Virus record (IMG/VR): IMGVR_UViG_3300027804_000175
Location: 1 to 29,003 of that record
Length of the DNA stretch: 29,003 bases
Source: a virus
Taxonomy: Duplodnaviria; Caudoviricetes
Direction: 5' to 3' (one strand)
This document shows, piece by piece, positions 1-7,133 of the stretch (within the stretch, counting starts at the first letter, position 1; every line of letters starts with the position of its first letter). Both the position numbers and the translations under genes were made by a program. The notes under the pieces are model-generated. The model was not told where the DNA came from and did not search any database. It was given only the letters and a program-made list of their open reading frames with translations.

Positions 1-35
1 AGAATTAACTCTTTGGCTAGGTTTTCTACATCCAT
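1..35 (-). CDS. Partial CDS downstream of portal (MDVENLAKELI..., runs off the window)
   Basis: ATG at 35-33 overlaps the portal stop (TAATG coupling); open to the window edge. Confidence 0.6.
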   Translation of the reverse strand, partial: MDVENLAKELI

Positions 36-2110
36 TATTCAGTACCAGTTTGAGCAGAACTTAATTGCTTGGTAAGTTGGTTCAAGAAGTCTTCTTCCAT
101 GCCTGAAATCTTGTTGTTTTTCTCAGCCATCTGCAATTCAACAATCTTAGACTTGTTTTTGATGTCAGCTTCCTTCAACATCAACTCAGCAATCTTAACT
201 CGCTTGTCAAATTCCCTAGATGCTTGGTCATCTTCATTAGGAAGATTCTTAGTTATTGCCGCCATGTTCTTAGCTTGTACTTCTTGCGGCATTAACTGCG
301 CTTCAACAGCCAGTTTAGTGGCTTCAGCACGATTTTGCTCTGCTTGCGTAGTATTAACAGCAATCTGAGCCTGTGCCGCTTGTACCGCCAACTGCTGTTG
401 CATCTGCTCCATCTGCTGTGCTTCAGGATTTGGTTGCATCATCTCATCCAGCTTGGCAATCAACTCCATTCTGTTAGACAGACTGCTGTTTCCTACAATT
501 CCTTTAAGCAAAATAGGCAAAACAGGGGTGTTTGCACCCAAAGTCTGCAACAAACCAATGAATTGCTGTTGTTCATACTCACGGGCAATGATTCCAAGGG
601 TTGCAGTAGGTATGAAATTCATGTCCACAGAGGGATAACGCTCTGGGTCAAACTGCATATAGCGGAAAGCCGCTTTTTTGATGAATGGAACAAGGAAATC
701 TTCTTGGAAATTCACCAAAGTGCGCTTGTATTTCTTGATGATGGAGGCAACAGCCATCGACATACCACCACCATCACGGCTAGATTGGGAAACCATGCCG
801 TTCGAGTCCAAAGTACCAGTAGCCTGAAGCAACATACGCTCAAATTCTTTGGCAGTTGCTAGGTTATTGGGGTCATTTTGACCAAACTTGAATGGGTAAA
901 TGATCTCATTTGGGTTGCCATTGGTAAGAATAGCCTTACCAGCCTTGACTTCAAACTTCATACCACGGGGCAAGCGTGTGGCATCCATAGCAACCATAGG
1001 GGCAGTGGTCAAAGCGAGTGAATCCAAGTGAGCCCGAGTCTGAGCATCAATAGCTTTCTGCATATTGAAGGCTTTTTCCACTGTACCTCGCCCCAACAAG
1101 CGGTTCGGAACTGTATCGTCTTGGTAAGACATTACAGGTCTATCTTTCATCATGTAGGGGTTTTCTTCAGCCTTGAGCAACAGACCATCGTTGGCAATCA
1201 CGACAATGGCTTCAACCATGTCTGTGTAGTCTTCAGCCGCTGAATTCTCAGGGAACAACTCAACAATGTCTTTGTTTTCTTCCATGTTGTTAAGGTATTC
1301 ACGAGGAACTAACCCGTAGTACGTCAACAAAAGAACCTTTTCATCTTGGTACTGGCTAACCTCTTGGGTAGGCTCTAAGTCAGTATCTTCATAGGTGGGC
1401 GTGATGTCTACCTTGCGATAGATGCCTTTTTCAATACCAGCTACAACCTTGTGGATAGAGACGTATTTCTCAATAGCCACGCCCATGCAGTCATCAATAG
1501 ATGTTCCATTAGGGTCAAACAAGAAGTTCTTCGGGTTGATAGGCATGATCTTCACGCCAATCCTGTCTCTCTCAATCACGCCAATAGCGGCTTGACCCTG
1601 TTGATTAGGGATGAGTTGAGTAGAGGGAATAAATTCTTTTTCAGTCTTGACAATGATCTCGCCAATGCCTGTTCCATAGATTTCAGCCATCAACTCGATC
1701 TGGTCGATAGATTTCCTGATCTTGTCTTTCTTGAAGTCTTCCATTAATTGAGCTTTAATCATCTCAACATCAATGGGATTTCCATTAACGTCTTGGATGT
1801 TGTCCTCAATGTCAAAGAAGTCACCCTGACCAAAGATAGCTTCCATGATCTCGGCATGGCGAGTCTCGACTGCTTGTTGGGTAGCAGGAGTTACGATTCG
1901 GCTACGCTCAGACTCACGGGTCTTGTCTTCAGAAGCCCATTGACCTCGGAAGATGCGTTCGTATTCCAGCCAATCAGGAAGAAAGTTGGTATCTCTGTAG
2001 TCACGCCACTTAGTACAGTGGTCAACAACAAATGCTGTAAGTTCTTCGTCAGCCTCGGTAGGCTGATAAAACTCGTTTTGCTCTAACTTGACTTGTTTGT
2101 CTGTTGCCAT
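35..2110 (-). CDS. Portal protein (P22-like head-tail connector)
   Basis: 691 aa directly after terL; RLLGRG and ERMLLQATG-type portal segments; Gln/Ala-rich coiled-coil C-terminal barrel. Confidence 0.9.
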   Translation of the reverse strand: MATDKQVKLEQNEFYQPTEADEELTAFVVDHCTKWRDYRDTNFLPDWLEYERIFRGQWASEDKTRESERSRIVTPATQQAVETRHAEIMEAIFGQGDFFDIEDNIQDVNGNPIDVEMIKAQLMEDFKKDKIRKSIDQIELMAEIYGTGIGEIIVKTEKEFIPSTQLIPNQQGQAAIGVIERDRIGVKIMPINPKNFLFDPNGTSIDDCMGVAIEKYVSIHKVVAGIEKGIYRKVDITPTYEDTDLEPTQEVSQYQDEKVLLLTYYGLVPREYLNNMEENKDIVELFPENSAAEDYTDMVEAIVVIANDGLLLKAEENPYMMKDRPVMSYQDDTVPNRLLGRGTVEKAFNMQKAIDAQTRAHLDSLALTTAPMVAMDATRLPRGMKFEVKAGKAILTNGNPNEIIYPFKFGQNDPNNLATAKEFERMLLQATGTLDSNGMVSQSSRDGGGMSMAVASIIKKYKRTLVNFQEDFLVPFIKKAAFRYMQFDPERYPSVDMNFIPTATLGIIAREYEQQQFIGLLQTLGANTPVLPILLKGIVGNSSLSNRMELIAKLDEMMQPNPEAQQMEQMQQQLAVQAAQAQIAVNTTQAEQNRAEATKLAVEAQLMPQEVQAKNMAAITKNLPNEDDQASREFDKRVKIAELMLKEADIKNKSKIVELQMAEKNNKISGMEEDFLNQLTKQLSSAQTGTE

Positions 2111-3370
2111 TTATATCCCCGAAATAATATCTAGAGGCTCCCACTCATCTTCTTGGTCATCAACAAAGTATGAGGTTACAGCCAGTTGGTCAATGTAGGA
2201 GAGAGCATCAGGCAAGTCATCGTGAACACCTTGTGAGGGAAACATCAAAAGTTGATCTTTGAATTCATCCCAATCTTCCTCGGAGTTCAGCACAATACGC
2301 CCATGCTCAAACCTTCCTTGGAGACTCCAGATAATTCTGTCAGTCTTTTTCCTGTTGCCATGCGTTAAGTCAACTATGTGGGAATATACATTATTTTTCC
2401 TCATTAGGTCACTCAAATAAGGCAAAACAGCGTTTTTTAACGCTCCCCTCTCAATTCCAACACTCAAAGGGCGGTATTCCCGCATCTTCAGCAGAATCGT
2501 GGCGGCAGTCTCCCGAATGTCCCAACGCCCATAAACAATCTCTTTGACAAACCACTTGCCATCCTCAGTCACCTTGACCACAGCTACGGCAGTCTGGTCT
2601 AGCCTTTTCTTAGAGTTAGCCGCTTGTCTAGCCACTTCCTCAAAGCCAGCCAAGTCAACAGCTATGAAGTAAGAACCATACTCAGGTTCTTCCCCGTACT
2701 TAATCCATTCTTCTTTAAAGACATCTGACCCTGCATTGTCGAAAGATGCCATATACTCTTGCTTGAAGGCGAACGAACTTAGGGTCTTCTTTGCACTCTC
2801 TATTTCACTAGGGTCGATCAAAGGGTTGTCTTTTGTGGTGAAATGCCAACTTTTCCAGTCTGTATCTTCTTCTGACATTCCAAGTTTAAAGATGTCATAG
2901 AAGAAATTGCGACCCTTGGGAGTGCCGATGAACATAGCCCTACCCTTTTTGTCTGACAGAGAAGCACGAATAACCTGTTCCCATGCTTCTGGTTTGATGT
3001 CTGCAACCTCGTCAAGCACAGCATAGGTGAGCGACACTCCTCGCAAAGTATCTGGTCTATCTGCACCTCGGACATAAATCTTTGCTCCGTTTATCAAGGT
3101 AATGTCCATATTATTGATGTGGCTGGCTTGGATAACCTCCCGCCCCAACTCCATCAATACATCCCAAATAATCTGACGAGCCTGACCATTGGTAGGTGCA
3201 ACATAAAGCACAGCAGAGCCAGCAGTACATTGCAGTCCTTCAATCAATAGGGTGATGGCTGAGAGTCTAGACTTACCGCAACGCCGCCCTGCCGCAATGA
3301 CTTTGAACCTTGTTTTATCACTAAAAACAATTTGTTGCCACGGAAGCAAACTAAAATTTAAATCAGACAT
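2111..3370 (-). CDS. terL: Terminase large subunit
   Basis: Walker A AGRRCGKS, LRG motif, Walker B AVLDE, coupling motif GTPKG, nuclease AVDLA and HDDLPDALSY. Confidence 0.97.
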   Translation of the reverse strand: MSDLNFSLLPWQQIVFSDKTRFKVIAAGRRCGKSRLSAITLLIEGLQCTAGSAVLYVAPTNGQARQIIWDVLMELGREVIQASHINNMDITLINGAKIYVRGADRPDTLRGVSLTYAVLDEVADIKPEAWEQVIRASLSDKKGRAMFIGTPKGRNFFYDIFKLGMSEEDTDWKSWHFTTKDNPLIDPSEIESAKKTLSSFAFKQEYMASFDNAGSDVFKEEWIKYGEEPEYGSYFIAVDLAGFEEVARQAANSKKRLDQTAVAVVKVTEDGKWFVKEIVYGRWDIRETAATILLKMREYRPLSVGIERGALKNAVLPYLSDLMRKNNVYSHIVDLTHGNRKKTDRIIWSLQGRFEHGRIVLNSEEDWDEFKDQLLMFPSQGVHDDLPDALSYIDQLAVTSYFVDDQEDEWEPLDIISGI

Positions 3371-3893
3371 TGTGATCTTTCAAATACTGCATTGCCTTTA
3401 ACAAAACATCTTGATTGTCCTTGAAAGAACCTAATCCTGTGTTGCAGTTTTTGCAAAGTAACTTTCTTGTTTTCCCAGTTGTGTGGCAATGATCTACGGC
3501 TAACCTTGCTGGTTCTTTTGTTTTGGAATGTACAAAAGTTTCTGGGTTATTGCAAATAGCACATAAACCTTTTTGTTGTTTGTGCATCTGCTCGTAATCT
3601 TCGTATGAAAGACCAAACTTCCTCAAGTTTGTTGTTCGTTGATATTTCTTTACCTTATCAGGATTGTTCTTCTTCCACAATAACGATGCAACTTCTAGCT
3701 TTTCCTTGTTTTCTTCTTTGTATTTTTTAAGTTGGGCTTGAAGTTTGTCTTTTTGCTCTACATAGCGTTTTGCATGATATTTCTTACTGCAATCAATGCA
3801 ATGATACTGAAAGCCATCCTTTTCCTTTTTTGCTTTATGGAAGCATGAAGTTGGCTTGTACTCAACACAGCTTAAGCAAAGTTTTGTTTCCAT
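3363..3893 (-). CDS. Endonuclease VII-like HNH homing endonuclease
   Basis: CAIC...LAVDHCH...RKLLCKNCNTGLG EndoVII motif; N-terminal CxxC...CxxC; AT-rich; lies between terS and terL. Confidence 0.9.
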   Translation of the reverse strand: METKLCLSCVEYKPTSCFHKAKKEKDGFQYHCIDCSKKYHAKRYVEQKDKLQAQLKKYKEENKEKLEVASLLWKKNNPDKVKKYQRTTNLRKFGLSYEDYEQMHKQQKGLCAICNNPETFVHSKTKEPARLAVDHCHTTGKTRKLLCKNCNTGLGSFKDNQDVLLKAMQYLKDHNV

Positions 3894-3904
3894 GTAACCA
3901 TCCT

Positions 3905-3991
3905 TTATAGATGGTGAATTATATCACAAACATTCTTTAAAGCAAAGACTTCTTGTTGCCAAGGCAGGAGGCTAAAGTTAAGGTCAGACAT
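3905..3991 (-). pseudogene. Relic original terL 5' end (MSDLNFSLLPWQQEVFA plus an 11-codon junction tail)
   Basis: First 13 aa identical to the TerL N-terminus; start overlaps the terS stop (ATGTCTGA), exactly as terL overlaps the HNH stop. Confidence 0.9.
3918..3945 (-). promoter_or_regulatory. sigma70-type promoter of the HNH cassette
   Basis: TTGCTT-16nt-TATAAT with extended TGn. Confidence 0.65.
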
Positions 3992-4418
3992 CTTTGCTTT
4001 CTATATCTTCAGCTTCTACTGTGTTGTCACCAATGGTTACACCACCAATGCCTGAAATCGTAATGTTTACGGCACTTCTCTGATTCTTCTCTTTTTCAAA
4101 CAGAGTAACGGGGAGCATCCTATCCATACATAGCTTCAGAGCCGCCATCTGTGCGGGGTGGTCATCATCAAGGGCAATCTGAACAGTCTTCTGTACAACA
4201 TTGACTCCAGCACTGTTTATCAGGAGTTCTTTGAGTTCCTTGACCCTTTGATTCTCAGTCTTAGGCAATAAAGCTAATGGCTTGGCATCAGCATACTTTG
4301 CCATAGTCAATTTACCTGAACCCTTTGGGCGACCTCTTGGCGTAGCCAAGTTGTCTTGTTCCTTCGGAGGACGACCCTTTTTCTTCAGATTCTCAGGGAG
4401 TGCATCTACTACGTTCAT
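3984..4418 (-). CDS. terS: Probable terminase small subunit
   Basis: First gene of the packaging operon; two GRP (AT-hook-like) motifs; QMAALKLCMDR helix; INITISG-like C-terminal strand. Confidence 0.7.
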   Translation of the reverse strand: MNVVDALPENLKKKGRPPKEQDNLATPRGRPKGSGKLTMAKYADAKPLALLPKTENQRVKELKELLINSAGVNVVQKTVQIALDDDHPAQMAALKLCMDRMLPVTLFEKEKNQRSAVNITISGIGGVTIGDNTVEAEDIESKDV

Positions 4419-4439
4419 CTTTTATCCAATCAGGAAGAT

Positions 4440-4542
4440 TACCAACACGGCTGGAGACTGTTCACATAAAGCAGTGTACAAATCCATTTAACAACAACAA
4501 TCAATGGCGCTAACCCATCGTCAGTCTCCATGCGTCTTGGTA
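4440..4542. ncRNA. Long imperfect inverted repeat upstream of terS (candidate structured leader)
   Basis: TACCAACACGGCTGGAGACTG (4440-4460) pairs with CAGTCTCCATGCGTCTTGGTA (4522-4542). Confidence 0.45.
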
Positions 4543-4554
4543 GTTAGTACATAC

Positions 4555-4583
4555 TTTACATGAGAACAGGAATCTTGTATAGT
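4555..4583 (+). promoter_or_regulatory. sigma70-type promoter facing an ORF-free region
   Basis: TTTACA-17nt-TATAGT. Confidence 0.6.
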
Positions 4584-4586
4584 GGA

Positions 4587-4815
4587 CTCAAACGGGGGCA
4601 TCACCCACCCCTCTATGCGGTTGAGCCGACCAAGTAGGATAAACGTAGTGAACCATGTAGTTCTCAAGTAAAGACTCACATCTTGAACGGGGCTGGTAGC
4701 GTGGAGTGAATGATCTGACAGTCATCACTAACTTAGATAAACGAGAGGCTCTCCTTTAAAAAGGACTCACCCATCACGGGTGACATTCCTATTTGTCAAC
4801 ACACCTTCTTTTCTA
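4587..4815 (+). ncRNA. Candidate hairpin-rich non-coding RNA
   Basis: Follows a promoter; no credible ORF; consecutive stems CTCAA/TTGAG, TCAAG/CTTGA, ATGA/TCAT, TCCTT/AAGGA, TCACCC/GGGTGA, TGACA/TGTCA. Confidence 0.4.
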
Positions 4816-5146
4816 ATCCAAGCCAGCCTTTGTTCGTGTTAAACACTACATTTGGCTTTTTCAGTGGAGGAGAGGGTACACAAATATTTACTCACCACAC
4901 ACCACCCCTCCCCCCCATCAAAGTAAGCGCCAACTAACATAAGACACGTTTCATAATGCGGAATGAGTTAACCGACTAGGTGGTCGGGTAATGCTAGTGA
5001 TAATGAGTTGTCGTTATCAATAGGCATATATGGGATATGCACCTTTTCAAGGACACCTAATAACTTCCAGTAATATACACTCTGAATTCTGAATGCAATA
5101 AATTAGGTTTCACATTATGAAACACCATTTCACGGAGAATCGTTAT

Positions 5147-5225
5147 TGCACCAAGTTGGTGAATAGTGCTTACTAACATCCCTTTTTTGGTGCATAGTGT
5201 CTACTAACTTCACCATTTTGGTGCG
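5147..5225 (+). promoter_or_regulatory. Three phased NtrC-type enhancer sites
   Basis: TGCACCAAGTTGGTGAA (5147), ATCCCTTTTTTGGTGCA (5178), TTCACCATTTTGGTGCG (5209); 31-bp spacing; NtrC consensus TGCACCA-N3-TGGTGCA. Confidence 0.65.
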
Positions 5226-5279
5226 CTCTGTTAGTGACCACTATCATTGCATTGCTTGATTTTGCTGAAAGTGCAAAAC

Positions 5280-5295
5280 TGGCATGGTATGTGCA
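5280..5295 (+). promoter_or_regulatory. sigma54 (-24/-12) promoter
   Basis: TGGCATGGTATGTGCA: GG-N10-GC with a TGGCAY start, about 50 nt before the first early gene. Confidence 0.65.
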
Positions 5296-5347
5296 TTAGT
5301 AAAATGCCTCAAGGCAAATCATTCAACATTTTTTTAAAGGCGTTAAT

Positions 5348-5548
5348 ATGATAAACATCACAACAATCAACAGCAAGGCACTTAATAGCGTCATCAAGCC
5401 AATGGATTATGTTTCCAATGGGGTAGATGTAGGGCGCTATTTTGGCACGACCAAAAGAGGCGTACACGTTGTGGCATGGGGTGACAAGCGAGATGACTAC
5501 GACACTGCTATCATGCTGACAGAATATTTGGCAAGGCACTCAAACTGA
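5348..5548 (+). CDS. Early hypothetical protein
   Basis: 66 aa; AAAGG RBS. Confidence 0.75.
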   Translation: MINITTINSKALNSVIKPMDYVSNGVDVGRYFGTTKRGVHVVAWGDKRDDYDTAIMLTEYLARHSN

Positions 5549-5613
5549 CAGTCCAGCGGTAAGCCCTCACGGGCTTATCAGTGCGCTGTTGCACTACTTT
5601 GAAAGGCTTCAAT

Positions 5614-5847
5614 ATGAACAACATTATCATCTTTAAACAGTCCTATGGTGAATTCACCACCGAGCAAGATGGGCGCTTGTCAGGTCATGTAATGACCATT
5701 ACAGGGAAGCGAAAAGATGGAAAATATACTGTCACCCATGCTTTCGGTAATGGCAAGCGCTTCAGGAATATCTACACTGTCGAGCAGTTACAGTGGGAAA
5801 TATTCAAGATGGAACGCAAAGAGCAAGAACTCAAGGCGGTGGCATGA
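5614..5847 (+). CDS. Early hypothetical protein (MNNIIIFK...)
   Basis: GAAAGG RBS before ATG 5614; 77 aa. Confidence 0.75.
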   Translation: MNNIIIFKQSYGEFTTEQDGRLSGHVMTITGKRKDGKYTVTHAFGNGKRFRNIYTVEQLQWEIFKMERKEQELKAVA

Positions 5848-5930
5848 TGGAAACAATAGACAAAATTGTGGTGTCAGTCTCACTGGCTGGCTTTGCTTGC
5901 CTAATGCTCATCATAGGATTGTGGGGATAA
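5844..5930 (+). CDS. Small membrane peptide (MMETIDKIVVSVSLAGFACLMLIIGLWG)
   Basis: ATGA overlap with the upstream gene; one hydrophobic helix; 28 aa. Confidence 0.55.
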   Translation: MMETIDKIVVSVSLAGFACLMLIIGLWG

Positions 5931-5998
5931 GAGTCCAAACCCTTGGGGATTTTGTCCCCTTGGGCTTGCGCTTTTGCAAGGTTTTGAAAGGCTTAAAA

Positions 5999-6319
5999 AT
6001 GGAAAACTTTTTTGAACAATTCCAAGGCGCAGACCTCGACCGACTCGCCGAATGCTTAACTGCCATCCGCAAAGCAGGGCTTAAAACAGACAAACACACA
6101 CAGGCAGGGGTCAATCAATCCTCGGGTAATGTTTGGGTGTGGTCTGAAGATTGGGCGGGATGTATAGCTTGTTCCATCGGTTTCGATGTGTTTTGGGTTC
6201 ACTCATGCCGAGAATGTGGTGAAGAATTTGAATTTGAGACTTATCAGGAATTAGACGACTTTTTGCAGGATAACTGGAACGACTGCACATCATGCCGCAC
6301 TGAAGAGGTGACAGCATGA
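5999..6319 (+). CDS. Early hypothetical protein with Cys pairs (possible Zn ribbon)
   Basis: GAAAGG RBS before ATG 5999; CREC...CTSC; 106 aa. Confidence 0.75.
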   Translation: MENFFEQFQGADLDRLAECLTAIRKAGLKTDKHTQAGVNQSSGNVWVWSEDWAGCIACSIGFDVFWVHSCRECGEEFEFETYQELDDFLQDNWNDCTSCRTEEVTA

Positions 6320-6366
6320 TCTATGCTTCGATCGCTCTATTATTGAGAATATTGTTCCGAAAATAA
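6316..6366 (+). CDS. 16-aa hydrophobic/basic peptide (MIYASIALLLRILFRK)
   Basis: GAGGTG RBS; ATGA overlap; last ORF before the terminator. Confidence 0.45.
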   Translation: MIYASIALLLRILFRK

Positions 6367-6389
6367 GTTAGTGAGTACTTTTCAATTTT

Positions 6390-6409
6390 AAGCCCTTCGG
6401 GGCTTTTTT
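6390..6409 (+). terminator. Intrinsic terminator between convergent operons
   Basis: AAGCCC-TTCG-GGGCTT followed by a T tract. Confidence 0.85.
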
Positions 6410-6483
6410 CTTGCCTACTGCCGCCCCACTATTCCCACGCCATTAAAAGCCGCTTCTAGGCACTTTTAAAGCCTTTTTAGCCA

Positions 6484-6681
6484 CTAATCTGCCACTGTGC
6501 AAAGCCCAATATATTCCAGATTGTCATCAGACCTCAAACCTATGGCGTGAAAATGGACTGCCCAACGCAGACAAACCCTAAACCCTTCGCTTAGATTACC
6601 CTCACCTATTGCCCGAATAGCTTCGTATTCAACAGGGTCAAACTTGATAACAATGCCCTTTTTTTCGTCATTGTCAGACAT
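6484..6681 (-). CDS. Small hypothetical protein, possibly ribbon-helix-helix
   Basis: 65 aa; IVIKF strand then helices with GNLSEGFR; coupled to the upstream stop. Confidence 0.6.
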   Translation of the reverse strand: MSDNDEKKGIVIKFDPVEYEAIRAIGEGNLSEGFRVCLRWAVHFHAIGLRSDDNLEYIGLCTVAD

Positions 6682-7132
6682 TGGCTTGCCTCCAGTATTC
6701 AGCGATTAGCAAAGCCTCTGCCCTGTTTATGTCCTTTTTTAGCTTTAGTGGCGCTTTGGGGAATAGCTTCCTTGCAAGGTCTAATGCCTCGTTTTTGTCT
6801 GCTGTTAGCCCAAAATAGCCCTTCCACTTTTGAGGGCTTACCAAGTGAAAAGGGTAATTAGTCAATTCGCAAACTGCACTTATAACCCCGACTGCTCTAG
6901 CAAAATTCCATGTTGACGATATACCTTGTTTTGGCATAGCGTGTACCTGTTCCATGCAAATCTGTGCGCCTTCTTTGGGGTCAACAATGGATAGGATTCG
7001 ACTCTTAAACACCAAGGCGAGGATATGCTTGTCTTTGTGCTCAATCATGAATGACTCGACATAATTCCCATCATGGTCAATCGCCCCAAGTGCGCCATTA
7101 ACTGAACCAGCGTCTATACCTATGTAAATCAT
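6674..7132 (-). CDS. RuvC-like Holliday junction resolvase
   Basis: YIGIDAG, MEQV, VSPQKWK and RAEALLIA motifs. Confidence 0.85.
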   Translation of the reverse strand: MIYIGIDAGSVNGALGAIDHDGNYVESFMIEHKDKHILALVFKSRILSIVDPKEGAQICMEQVHAMPKQGISSTWNFARAVGVISAVCELTNYPFHLVSPQKWKGYFGLTADKNEALDLARKLFPKAPLKLKKDINRAEALLIAEYWRQANV

Positions 7133-7133
7133 A

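Noticed and set aside
3363-3940. Group I intron in terL
   Set aside because: Too little non-coding sequence for a ribozyme core; the duplicated N-terminus makes splicing unnecessary
4452-4530. Hammerhead ribozyme (CTGACGA on the minus strand inside a stem)
   Set aside because: No correctly placed GAAA core or stem II/III; the CTG is paired in the long stem
5156-5225. 31-bp periodic repeat as a mini CRISPR array or iterons
   Set aside because: No unique spacers or cas genes; better explained by alternating NtrC-type boxes and operators; far from the rep gene
5717-5998. N-terminal extension of the 200-aa ORF
   Set aside because: Overlaps two better-supported genes and a hairpin spacer; a strong RBS supports the start at 5999
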